A stretch of DNA of 64,000 nucleotides from Octopus sinensis (taxonomy: Eukaryota). Within the stretch, counting starts at the first letter, position 1. Each line of letters starts with the position of its first letter. Location: positions 10,850,001-10,914,000 of the forward strand of contig NC_043002.1 of NCBI RefSeq assembly GCF_006345805.1. Reading direction: 5' to 3'. A program made the translations under genes and the position numbers. Positions 53,241-64,000 of the stretch are shown in pieces. The notes under the pieces were generated by a model. That model ran no database searches, had not been told where the DNA came from, and worked only from the letters and a program-made list of their open reading frames with translations.

Positions 53241-54633
53241 GTACGAAAATGCGAAAATGACCGTAAGAATTACTGGTATGCGGTGTCTTAGTCCAGCCGT
53301 TTTGGTGCCACCTGTTTGGCGTCGCTGATTCCATGCTGGATAATTTCTCATCAGACATTTTAATATCTATATTGTTCTCTCACTCCATCTCCTCTCTGTC
53401 CGTCTGTCTGTTTCTCTCTTTCTCTCTCTCTCTCCCTGAACATATTTCTGTTTATGTATGTGAGGAAAGAGGATGGTCTCTCTCTTTCTCACTGTTTCTA
53501 TCTGTATGTGTATATTTCTGCGCATGCGTGTTTGTTTGTTTCTGTATGCCTGAATGATTGTGTGTGCGTGTGTGTGTACGTGTGTGGTGGTGGTGGTGTG
53601 TGTGTGTGTGTGTGTGTTGTGTGTGTGTGTGTTTGCCTTCAACATCAAAAATACTGTTGCCAAAATAGCCTGACTACCTAGTCAGCCGAGCCAAATCATC
53701 TACGCCCAAGCAGCTGCGCCCAATCGTCTCGATGAAAGAATTGCTAATAAAGAATCACTAATAAAAGTCAAGAGTAAAAAGAAAACCTGAAAAAGAAAGA
53801 CCACGATGAATTCAAAGAGTTGCTTCAAATTTTAAAGACTGAAAGCGATAACAAAGTAGAAGAAGAACAGATGACGAAAGACAAAGAACTTCGACAAGAT
53901 TAGATGGCACTCGACAACGAAGACATGAACGGATACCGAGAAATCGAATAAGAAAAAAGAAGGACGAAAGACACTGGAAGGTATCGTAATGTTATGAGCA
54001 CCAATCAGGAACGACAAGATTGGATCTACGACCTGAATAATTTAGTATTTTCTTCTAATTCTGAGCTTCATTCGTGTAGAGAAATTAAAGTAACGTATCG
54101 GTTTTATGGAACAAAGCATTTGCTGCTAAGAAACCCAGAAAATACTTCTCCTACAGTTGATAGTATACAAGTTCCAACGGTGACGTTTACTATAAACCAT
54201 GAAAGATGGTATGAGCAAGCAAGGTGACTTTCATTATTCAAATTTAACGAACATTAAACCTTCCAACTTGGCATTTTCGCTTACATTAATGGGGTCTTAG
54301 GCAGCTCCTAAGCCAAAAGATAAATGTTTTGTTTTAGAATGCATGTGTATTTTAAACAATAGGCACCTACGAAAAGACAATGAGTTCCAATGTGTGGCGT
54401 CGATCTTACAGCAGTGGTAGGTGAGACTAGACTTAATTGCCAAGCTAATGTAAAGGTGTATCCGTGATATTAAGTTCAATCTAAAGATAATAGTGTTTAA
54501 ATTAAGGCAAGGAATATACCATTACATGTGGAAGGAGAGCTGGAGCACATACGAAAGGAAAATAATTAAGCCCTCACAGAAAACATTGTATATACAAGAT
54601 CGTTGTGTTGGTAAAAGTCGCTCTACTTTGCCA

Positions 54634-54937
54634 TCAGTTTTGTTCCTTCTCGAGTCATGCCTGGCTCATAAGGGCCGGTTTCCCGGTTTCCTTGGCGTAT
54701 AGGTTCCCCACCTGGATGGGACGCCGGTCCGTCGCAGGTGAGCTGCAAAATGCATGAGGAAAGAGTGAAAGAAAGTTATGGCGAAAGAGTTAGCAGAGGT
54801 TTGCCATTAACTTCTGCCGGAGCCGCGTGGAGCTTAGGTGTTTCGCTCATCAACACACACATCGCACGGTCTGAGATTCGAACCCGCGATCCCTCGACCG
54901 CGAGTCCGTTGTTCTAATCACTAGGCCATGTGCCTCC
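54634..54937 (-). mobile_element. SINE type C inserted in the Helitron relic
   Basis: TSD ACTTTGCCA at 54625-54633 and 54938-54946. Confidence 0.9.
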
Positions 54938-55287
54938 ACTTTGCCAACAGTAGACGACCTAGGCTTATCAATGGTGGTCATGTATACAGATGAAATACTG
55001 CTATTTACCACGGACTTCCTTCTTTGTCCCAAACATCTAGATGAACAATATAAATTATACATTTAAATTTTTACCTAATGGCATATACGTTAATTTATCC
55101 AAATTTCGAACTAGGCTAACAATCTGATTTATGTGTTGTCATGGTCCTTATATCACAATGGACCAAAAGCCGCCGTGGTCATTTTTTTCTTTTTTACTTT
55201 TTTTTTTAAATTTTACTGTCTCACTTTAACCTCATTTCGTATCCTGAGTATTCAAACAAATATTTAATTTACTATATGAAAGCATAG

Positions 55288-55600
55288 GTGGAGGCACATT
55301 GCCTAGTGGTTAGAGCAGCGGACTCGCGGTCGAGGGATCGCGGGTTCGAATTTCAGACCGGGTGATGTGTGTGTTTATGAGCGAAACGCCTAAGCTCCAC
55401 GCGGCTCCGGTAGAAGGTAATGGCAGACTTCTGCTGACTCTTTCGCCACAACTTTCTCTCACTCTTTCCTCCTGCATCTTGCAGCTCACCTGCGACGGAC
55501 CGGCGTCCCGTCCAGGTGGGGAACCTATACGCCAAGGAAACCGGGAAACCGCCCTTATGAGCTAGGCGTAGCTTGAGAAGGGACAAACAAAAACAATGGG
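55288..55600 (+). mobile_element. SINE type C inserted in the Helitron relic
   Basis: tRNA-like head, with AGCATAG repeated on both flanks. Confidence 0.88.
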
Positions 55601-57909
55601 AGCATAGTGACAAGATCCTCCTTCGGAACTGCTCAACTATTCGACGCTAAAATGTACATACCAAACTCAAGTCGTGAATCGAATTCATATTCACAGAAAT
55701 TGCAAAGGAAGCGATTTTTTAATTATTCCACTGGAATCCATAAAATTATGCGCAGAGTTTCCAAATCCAGTAGAACAGCCAATAAAACTGCCGAAAATAA
55801 TGTCTCAAATGCATGAACCATGAAATGAAACGAAGTAAAATACATTCTCTGTGTAAAACAATAAATGCTTTAAGGGATTTCTTGAAGATTTCAGAAATGA
55901 CGCAACAGCTAATGGCGTAGATTATCTTCTTTACAGAAGATGCATTAACAAAGTATGTCAATGATATCCCGAAAGAAGCTGTGGTCTGAAATGCACCATA
56001 GAACAAACCGCTCAGCGCACCAATGCTGAAATTTACTCTTCCTAGACCTTCTTGAAATTCATGTACTTACATATAGAGGGTATAAGTGGGCACTGAGGAA
56101 AATACAGGATCACATTATTTCAATTCGTGTTGTAATTACATATCGCATTAATGGCTGTTTTTGTCAGTTCACCAAAAATGTAATATGGCCGTTGTTGGTG
56201 TGCAAAATGACATCACATACTGTGATTCATTTCTCGGTACATTTTAAACACCAACAGTCGGTTTCCTTTCGCAAAGGCCAAATGTATGAAATACATCGAT
56301 AAGAAACTGAAACATTTTACTTCAGATTAAGATTAATGTGTGTAAAACGAGTTACAAGTTTTAAAGAGATTTCACCGATGGCGGTGTTATTCATCTCACT
56401 TAGAAAGCAGCTGCTGAAAGCAGAAATTTGCTAAATAATGATGAAGAATATGTATAATGTGCGTTAGAAGCGGAAGAAATCAGAATACGTCCCAAACTGA
56501 AAGAATCGTTTGCCATTATATATTCTTTAAATAGATTAAGTGATCCTCTGTCGTTATTCCATAAATTTCATCCACACTTTATTCAGTGTTTCATAGCTGA
56601 ACGTAAATCAAATGAAGAAACTCGCAACAATTCAATGTTCGACATTTTAGAAAAAAATCATAATTTACAGTCTGTGCCGATGTGGCTTAGGATTATATGA
56701 ATAAGCATCAATTTTGAATGGAGATAGCAATGAAATCTACGTGGGGAATACAACTGAAATTGGTGTGGGAATTCAAAGTTGGAATTCAACGTCGTGTGTT
56801 TAGCGGCAATAAGTAATGAGAATAACGATACAGAACAAAGGTTCTGACTTTTGTTGACCCTAGAGACTCAGATGAAACAGCGATACAACATATTTTTAAA
56901 ATTGTCAACCTTACGCGGAAAAAAATGTTATCCTATGTAAGATCTGATATTATGCTGATTTTGAAATGATAGCGTAATAGTACAAAGAAAGGAGGTTCCA
57001 TCCCCTAGTACCTTATACACTGGCAACGCATTCAGAACTATACTATTAGGCTGAAAGGCAAGACAACGAGCTGACAGAATTGTTAGTGCGTCGAACAAAA
57101 TGCTTTTCACTATTTCTTCCGACTCATATTCTGAGATGAAATTCCACCGAGGTCATTTTTGCCTTCCTTCCTTTTAGGGTCGTAGAGGATTCGTCGGATA
57201 CAGTGTGAGGTGAATGTTTTTATCGTTAGGCGGAACTCATCGTAAAGTAAATACCACCACGAGTGATATCCAAACTACAGTGGAAAAGGGTAGCCACTGG
57301 ATCTGTTTAAAAAGAGATGATGAGCGATGGCTAGAAGAATATTGAACTTTATTTAATAACCAATTGATCTAGCAAGCGGGGCCTCATATAAGTGAGGGTG
57401 TGCAATGATGCCGTCGAGCGGTAGGCCTTGAAACGGCGCGCATTCTCTCCTGATGACCCCATACACTTGTTGGTTTCCGGTATGCGGAGCTTTCGACTGG
57501 TAGCACTTGTATGTCCAAGTTGTTTGCAAAACATCTAGGTAATAGTCTAGTACTGAGGTTGATGCTACCGAGTTGTTCCTCCTCTCAAAATTGATGGCCT
57601 TGTGCTTTTAGAATCATTATTATCTCTGGATATTCCATTAGAAGATTGTCTAAAAGTAAAACATGCTAAACTGGTAATAATAGATAAAATCTCAATGTTT
57701 TCTGTGAATGCAGAACCTATAAGTGATATTCTATTGAAAATGTTAATGCGGAACATAAAAGCCATCGGATGAAAATTCCTTCTTCTGAGCAGAAGTATTC
57801 ATGATAGCAAATTACATCAAATAATGTGAAAAATTAGAGACTCACCCCCATCATGTTTCATGGCGACGCAAGTGGTTAGTCAAATGAAAATATCTTAATT
57901 GGGAATTTA

Positions 57910-58487
57910 CTTACTTCTTTATTGCCCACAAGGGGATAAACATAGAGAGGATAAACAAGGGCAGACACCAGTGCGTAACTGATACTTAATTTATCGACCT
58001 CGAAAGAATGAAAGGCAAAGTCGACCTCGGCGGAATTTGAACTCAGAACGTAACGGCAGACGAAATACCTATTTCTTTACTACCCACAAGGGGCTAAACA
58101 CAGAGGGGATGAACAAGGACAGACACATGAATTAAGTCGATTATATCGACCCCAATGCGTAACTGGTACTTGTTTAATTGACCCCGAAAGGATGAAAGGC
58201 AAAATCGACCTCAGCGGAATTTGAACTCAGAACGTAACGGCAGACGAAATACCTATTTCTTTACTACCTACAAGGGGCTAAACACAGAGGGGATGAACAA
58301 GGACAGACACATGAATTAAGTCGATTATATCGACCCCAATGCGTAACTGGTACTTATTTAATTGACCCCGAAAGGATGAAAGGCAAAGTCGACTTAGGCG
58401 GAATTTGAACTCAGAACGTAACGACAGACGAAATATCGCTAAGCATTTCGCCCGGCGTTCTAACGTTTCTGCCAGCTCACCGCCTTC
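57910..58487 (-). mobile_element. SINE type B, three tandem bodies
   Basis: ATACCTATTTC junctions ~184 bp apart. Two units share private variants (CACATGAATT, TTATATCG). Confidence 0.9.
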
Positions 58488-59817
58488 CATTGGGAATTTA
58501 CTAACCCTAGCGAACAACAAACAATATGAAATCATTTTTACAAAATAATGATAATTCTGAAAACAATGAGGATTTTCAGATAAATAATTCATTCCAATTT
58601 TGGCACAAGAACAGAATTATTGTATATTAACCCCAGTATTTCATTTCTACTTATTTAATTGACTTTGAAAGGATACAAGACAAAGTTGACCTCGGTGGAA
58701 TTCGAACTTGGAACATACATACTGCAAAGCAATTTTTCCGACGCTCTAACAATCCTGCCAGCTTTGCACCTAAAATAATGGTTTCGAATTCTGGGACTAG
58801 CACTGTAAGTTCGAGTGAGTGGGTAAGTATTACATTCACCCCAGTGTTTGACTGGTATTTTTTTTATAGACCCCCGAAAGGATGAAAGTCAAGGTTGATC
58901 TCAGTGGAATTTGAACTCAGAACCTAAAGACGGGCGATGTGTCGCTAAGCATTTTTCTGGAAGCGCTAACGATTTGTCCAGCTCGTCTTCTTTGAAACCA
59001 GATAATGGAGTTGTGAATTTACTGCCACTGAACATAAGAGTACAGAAATCATTTCATTGCAACAGAGGAATGATGGACAAGCCGTAAATTATTCGACAGA
59101 AAATTTTAACCAAATTAACCAAGTGGGATTACCTCCTTAAGAATTAAACCTAACATCTAATTCAATTATAATACTCAAGCGTAAACCTCACTCCTAGAAA
59201 CTTCCTATGGAATAACACTAGACGAATCAGAGCTTTAGCAATACAATGCTTCTCAACAGAAATTATCCATACCAGCAGAAGAGAAGAGAATGTATTGTCT
59301 CAGAATCGTTTAAAACCCGAGTGGATTTAATAATGATAAAACACTACTCTGTGCTATGAAAAGAAAGCGCTTCTCATTCAAATGGTTTGTCTATTAGCAG
59401 GTCTGAAAATTAGTCATTCGATAGAGCTGAAGTACATTTGTCAAAGACAGTGTTTAGTCATGGCCATCTGTGTGCGATTACGAAAAGTTGAGTGCAGTAG
59501 AATCTTAAAGTTACAAAATTAATAATGTCAAATGTCAGGCTGTGTTTTTATCTCTTAGCGTATCTTAAAAAAAAATTGGTTCTGAGAGAATTGTTAAATA
59601 ACATACGCATTTCATATATATCTAAGATATAGCACGAATTTGACTTGCTACATTATGCTATCTTCTATATCATATTTAAAAAAAAAGTGTACGTATTTCA
59701 TATAAACTTCAATATATATCATATATGGTGTTCAGTCTAAATTTCACGATTTTTTAATGTTTCTTTTTGATTGTTTTTTTTTTTTCAGTAATAATTTAAT
59801 GCATTGTTTAACAGTCA

Positions 59818-60428
59818 ATGGGCGGCGAGCTGGCAGAAACGCTAGCACGCCGGGCGAAATGCTTAGCAGTATTTCGTCTGCCGCTGCGTTCTGAGTTCAA
59901 ATTCCGTCGAGGTCGACTTTGCCTTTCATCCTTTTGGGGTCGATTAAATAAGTACCTGTTACGCACTAGGGTCGATATAATCGACTTAATCCGTTTGTCT
60001 GTCCTTGTTTTTCCTCTCTGTGTTTAGCCCCTTGTGGGTAGCAAAGAAATAGGTATTTCGTCTATCGCTACGTTCTGAGTTCAAATTCCACCGAGGTCGA
60101 CTTTGCCTTTCATCCTTTCGGGGTCGATTAAATAAATAAGTACCAGTTATGCACTGGGGTAGATATAATCGACTAAATCCGTTTGTCTGTCCTTGTTTGT
60201 CTCCTCTGTGTTTAGCCCCTTGTGGGTAGCAAAGAAATAGGTATTTCGTCTGTCGCTACGTTCTGAGTTCAAATTCCGTCCGAGGTCGACTTTGCCTTTC
60301 ATCCTTTCGGGGTCGATAAATTAAGTACCAGTTACACACTGGAGTCGATGTAATCGACTTAATCCGTTTGTCTGTCCTTGTTTGTCCTCTCTGTGTTTAG
60401 CCCCTTGTGTGTAGTAAAGAAATAGGTA
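59818..60428 (+). mobile_element. SINE type B, one head plus three tandem bodies
   Basis: AAAGAAATAGGTATTTCGTCT junctions near 60045 and 60232. Confidence 0.9.
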
Positions 60429-60559
60429 TTGGAGAGCATAAAGATGCAAGCTGTAACTGAGAAAACGTTAGCTGACGTGGTGGACTGGAAGCTATCTGAA
60501 TATTGATTTAGAGTTAGATATAGCATGACGATTCGCACCGAGTATCGGAATGCTGACAT

Positions 60560-61105
60560 CATGACTGCTGCTCAATATTCTGTGGGCACTGAAATGGCTG
60601 TATGACGTGACATGGACAGCTGCAGCAAAGACTACGAGACTGTGGCCAGCAGGAAGGGACATAGCAGGCATTCTGATTGCATACGTACGCCGGGGTTCGT
60701 CCCCACATCTTCGAACAGGGGTATAGGCTTAACTCAGACGGCTATGTGAAGTTGTTGGGGATTGTGGCCAAATCCTGGCTGGAGATGATTGCTACTTGAA
60801 GGTCATATGTGTGAAAGAAGAAGAAAGACTCAAAAGTGCTTGTCAGAAAATTTCCACGACTTCACCAGCCCCAATTTTTGTCCCCCTAATTCCCCCGATT
60901 GTAATATCATGTATTATGTGTGGGGCGCGGCTAGAAAAGGCACTAATCGCTCTGCTTGTAATACCAAGGAGGAGCTAGTAGACAGGATCAAGGAGATTTT
61001 CGAAAATCTTCCATGGAATACAGTGAGGGATGCATATGCCAGGTTCCGGAGCCCAGTTGAGGGCTTGGTGAAAGCTGAGGGCGGCTACTTTGAGTACACT
61101 GCTAT
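60560..61105 (+). mobile_element. DD37D-type transposase 3' relic
   Basis: FTSPNFCPPNSPDCNIMYYVWG..CNTKEELVDRI..ARFRSPVEGLVKAEGGYFE. Confidence 0.75.
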
Positions 61106-61125
61106 CTCCCAGCTATAATCTAGTT

Positions 61126-61449
61126 CAATGGTTCACAAACTTTTTCGGACTGCCGCCCCTTTGACGCTCGAAATCACATTGCTATCGCTCTCCCATCCGC
61201 CCACCACCACTCAGCAACACAAAAATAGACCACTTTCTGCAGCAAATTCAAAACAACAGTATTTCACAAATAAAACTTAACCTAACTAAGCAATTATTTT
61301 AGGTTGGGGGATGGTGGGGGGTTACATTCATCGACCCCCTTTTGGCCACCCTATTATTGCCCCACTTTTTTCAACAGGCCCCTCTCTTAATTTTTCTACC
61401 ACTCACAGGGGCGGGGTGGAGTAAGTACCGTCCACTTTGAGAACCACTG
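61126..61449. mobile_element. hAT-like MITE
   Basis: Ends CAATGGTTCACAAA / TTTGAGAACCACTG, flanked by the direct repeat AATCTAGTT. Confidence 0.8.
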
Positions 61450-61466
61450 AATCTAGTTGGTACACT

Positions 61467-61674
61467 CTCTTTACTCTTATAGTTGTTTCAGTCATTTGAC
61501 TGCGGCCATTTAGTCGAGCAAATCGACCCCAGGACTTATTCTTTGTAAGCCTAGTACTTATTCTATCGGTCTCTTTTGCCGAATCGCTAAGCTACGGGGA
61601 CGTAAACACACCAGCATCGGTTGTCAAGTGATGTTGAGTGGACAAACACAAAAACATAAACACACACACACACA

Positions 61675-61721
<47 letters not shown>

Positions 61722-61885
61722 GCGGCAGGCTTCTTTCAGATTCCGTCTACCAAATCCACTCACAAGATTTTGGTCGGCCCGAGGCTATAGTAGAAGACAC
61801 TTGCCCAAGATGCCACGCAGTAGGACTGAACCCGGAACAATGTGGTTCGTAAACAAGCTACTTACCACTCAGCCATTCCTGCGCC
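61467..61885 (-). mobile_element. SINE type A
   Basis: Near-identical to the other type A copies. Confidence 0.9.
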
Positions 61886-62915
61886 TATTATGATTTAATC
61901 TTTTTAAATACTCTTGTGTTATTACCTTTTCTTTTCCTTTAACGCAAACAGTCAAATGTACTCCAAACACGCTCTATATATCATAAGTGTTGTCTTAAGT
62001 ATGTGACATATACACAAAAATGATCATGAAAACGAGTAAATATAGCTGAAAATACACACTGTAGGTCGGTATACAATGAAGATATTACTGTAAAGATTTA
62101 TCTTTATCCCATTAAGAAATGTTGTTAATAACACTATAATATAATATCTGCATCCGGTTACAGAATATAATAACACATACTGCAATCTGCTCCGTTATGC
62201 AAAATGTAATTGTAGCTGAAGATATGTGTATAGTACAAAGAGGTACATAAAGTATGTGTGGGTGTGGTGGAATTGCCTGCGTGCGTTTGTTGTTTAATTG
62301 CAAGCAATGATATATTATGAAACATAAAAGATTATAAAAGACCCAATCTGTACCATTCTGTATTATGCTGTAAATATGTTTGTAGATTGTTACACAGACT
62401 TTATGGTGGTCTATAAGAATTATTGCTGTAAACTATAACCTATCCAGACGTATACTCGATAAAGTATTAATTTAAAACCAGTAGGTTAGTTTCGTGAATT
62501 GTAAAAGAAAATAGTGATTACCCGCGAAGAACTGATAATTATATTTATTAACATAGAAATCTATAAAAACATTTTCATTATGATATTACTTGTTATTTGA
62601 CACATAATGAATATTTAAGCATTCGCACTTCTAAGATATTCTAATACCAACCAAAACTATAAATATATTTACATGGACCACAAAAATTTTGAATAGAATA
62701 CGAAGGAAGTATGTAATGTTTTAATTCGAAAGCTGTTTCAGGAAACTCAGTGTTATGTAGTAATAATAATAATCGTAATTTTTATATGCCAACCATTTTT
62801 ATACACAATGGTAATTTAACTTACATACAGTTCTATATTTAAGAGATGAGAAATTGTGTACGTTAATTACATTATTTACATTCGATGGATATTTGTCCTC
62901 ATCTTGTTTGTTGTT

Positions 62916-62961
62916 AACACAACGTTTCGGCTGATATACCCTCCAGCCTTCATCAGGTGTC
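62916..62961 (-). ncRNA. Minimal type I hammerhead ribozyme, intact motif
   Basis: GACAC-CUGAUGA-A-GGCUG(GAGGGUAUAU)CAGCC-GAA-ACGU-U-GUGUU. Confidence 0.75.
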
Positions 62962-63034
62962 TAGAGGAAATTTCGAACCTGGGTTCTCATTCCTAACGTA
63001 TTTTTGATGTTATTATTATTGTTATGTTTTTTTC

Positions 63035-63283
63035 CTTCTTTCTTCAAATTTTCTTCCGTTTCTCGCCGAGTGTTTTCCATACACCTAGGGCAGAGAAGCT
63101 CATTGTATGCATTCCCAGATTACACGCGCAAATTCACAGACAAAATATGCATTTAAAAATTAATAAGTAAATAAATTCATGGATGGATGTTATTTTCACA
63201 GCGATAATGCACTTCTCAGTACATGAGCCGTTCCAGTTAACACGGTTTGTTGCACTTCCTGTAGGAATGGTAAGCCTGGAATC

Positions 63284-63285
<2 letters not shown>
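63035..63285 (-). mobile_element. R4/Dong-like LINE family B, 3' end
   Basis: Homologous to 29165-29400 and bounded by (TTA)n. Confidence 0.9.
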
Positions 63286-63322
<37 letters not shown>

Positions 63323-63388
63323 ACAACAACAACAACAACATCGAAAAATACATTAGGAATGAGAACCCAGGTTCGAAATTTCCCCCAA

Positions 63389-63434
63389 GACACCTGATGA
63401 AGACTGGAGGGTATATCAGCCGAAAAGTTGTGTT
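63389..63434 (+). ncRNA. Minimal hammerhead motif, mutated copy
   Basis: Same as 62916-62961 but with GACUG in stem II and AAGU in stem III. Confidence 0.55.
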
Positions 63435-63857
63435 AACAACAAACAAGATGAGGACAAATATCCGTGAAATGTAAATAATGTAAATAATGTTAATAATAAC
63501 CTACATACACCAGTGTGTGCGTGTGTATATGTATATATATATATATGTGTGTGTGTGTGTATGTGTGTGTATGTGTGTGTGTGTGTGTATGTCTGTGTAT
63601 GTGTGTGTGCTTGTGATCCACAAAGACCAGAACTTAACTGCAGCTCTTGGTGGTACAAATCAGATATGCAATCTAAGTGGATGTCTTTTCAATAGATTGT
63701 CTGGTTTTAAAAGTCACATCAGACGCCTTGATAGACCAAAGGTGTAAGGGCAAGAGGTGGTGAAACTCTGCATAAGGAGTAGACAACCACCCTATATATA
63801 TTATATATGTGTGCGTGCTTGTGTGTATTTACGTATGCATGTGTGTATATATATATT

Positions 63858-64000
63858 CAGGGTGCGGTGAATATATTGTCGTCTTAAAAAGTAAATTTAT
63901 GCAATACAATCGCCACTGACTTCAACCACCGCCTCCAGACGACTTCGGAATTTCCTGCAACTCTTCTGGACGGTCTCTCTGATTAAGTTAGTGAATAATG
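63858..64000 (-). mobile_element. End of a DD37D element (same family as 49631), running off the window
   Basis: TA-CAGGGTGCGGTGAATATATTGTC terminus and CAACCACCGCCTCCAGACGACTTCGGAA shared with about 49780. Confidence 0.8.

Larger units (their letters stand above)
53640..59600 (+). mobile_element. Highly degenerate Helitron RepHel relic split by SINE insertions
   Basis: Colinear motifs in shifting frames: HSCREIKVTYRFYGTKH; FKLRQGIYH..LYIQD; MAYTLIYPNFELG* (55078-55119); HIH (55686-55694); LCAEFPNP; KCFKGF..YLLYRR; ETFYFRL; RNLLNNDEEY..SDPLSLF; AKLVIIDKISM..AIG*KFLLL; AVNYSTE..GLPP*EL; VFSHGHL (59450-59470). Confidence 0.85.
62867..63483. mobile_element. Foldback of two inverted ~160-bp hammerhead-bearing repeats
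   Basis: 62867-63025 is the near reverse complement of 63320-63483. Each arm carries the CUGAUGA...GAAA motif. Confidence 0.85.

Noticed and set aside
55746-56413. Long minus-strand frame (..VHEFQEGLGRVNFSIGAL..) and 22-nt and 14-nt micro-exon candidates
   Set aside because: The plus strand of the same DNA carries colinear Helitron Rep motifs, so these are antisense coincidences.

Overview
Eukaryotic, AT-rich, repeat-saturated genomic DNA, most likely from an octopus (coleoid cephalopod). This is an inference from the tRNA-derived SINE families and the microsatellite load. One 100-N scaffold gap lies at 40082-40181. No host protein-coding gene could be supported, and nearly all ORF-track entries are microsatellite or antisense artefacts. 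The window is a layered collection of mobile elements: three abundant SINE types (here called A, B and C); several families of restriction-like-endonuclease (R4/Dong-like) LINEs clustered in (TAA)n tracts; RTE, CR1/L2, L1/Tx1 and Penelope relics; a full-length decayed mariner; DD37D (maT) relics; hAT-like and foldback MITEs; and a cryptic ~6 kb Helitron RepHel relic absent from the ORF track. The most interesting signals are (i) four distinct families of minimal type I hammerhead-ribozyme motifs with palindromic stem III, one with a G3-C8 swapped core, (ii) two apparently independent insertions of SINE-B into the same site of an antisense SINE-B, creating long palindromes, and (iii) a TSD-flanked 361-bp structured element that looks like a bipartite RTE derivative. 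All translations, alignments and folds were done by eye, so boundaries of degenerate elements are approximate.
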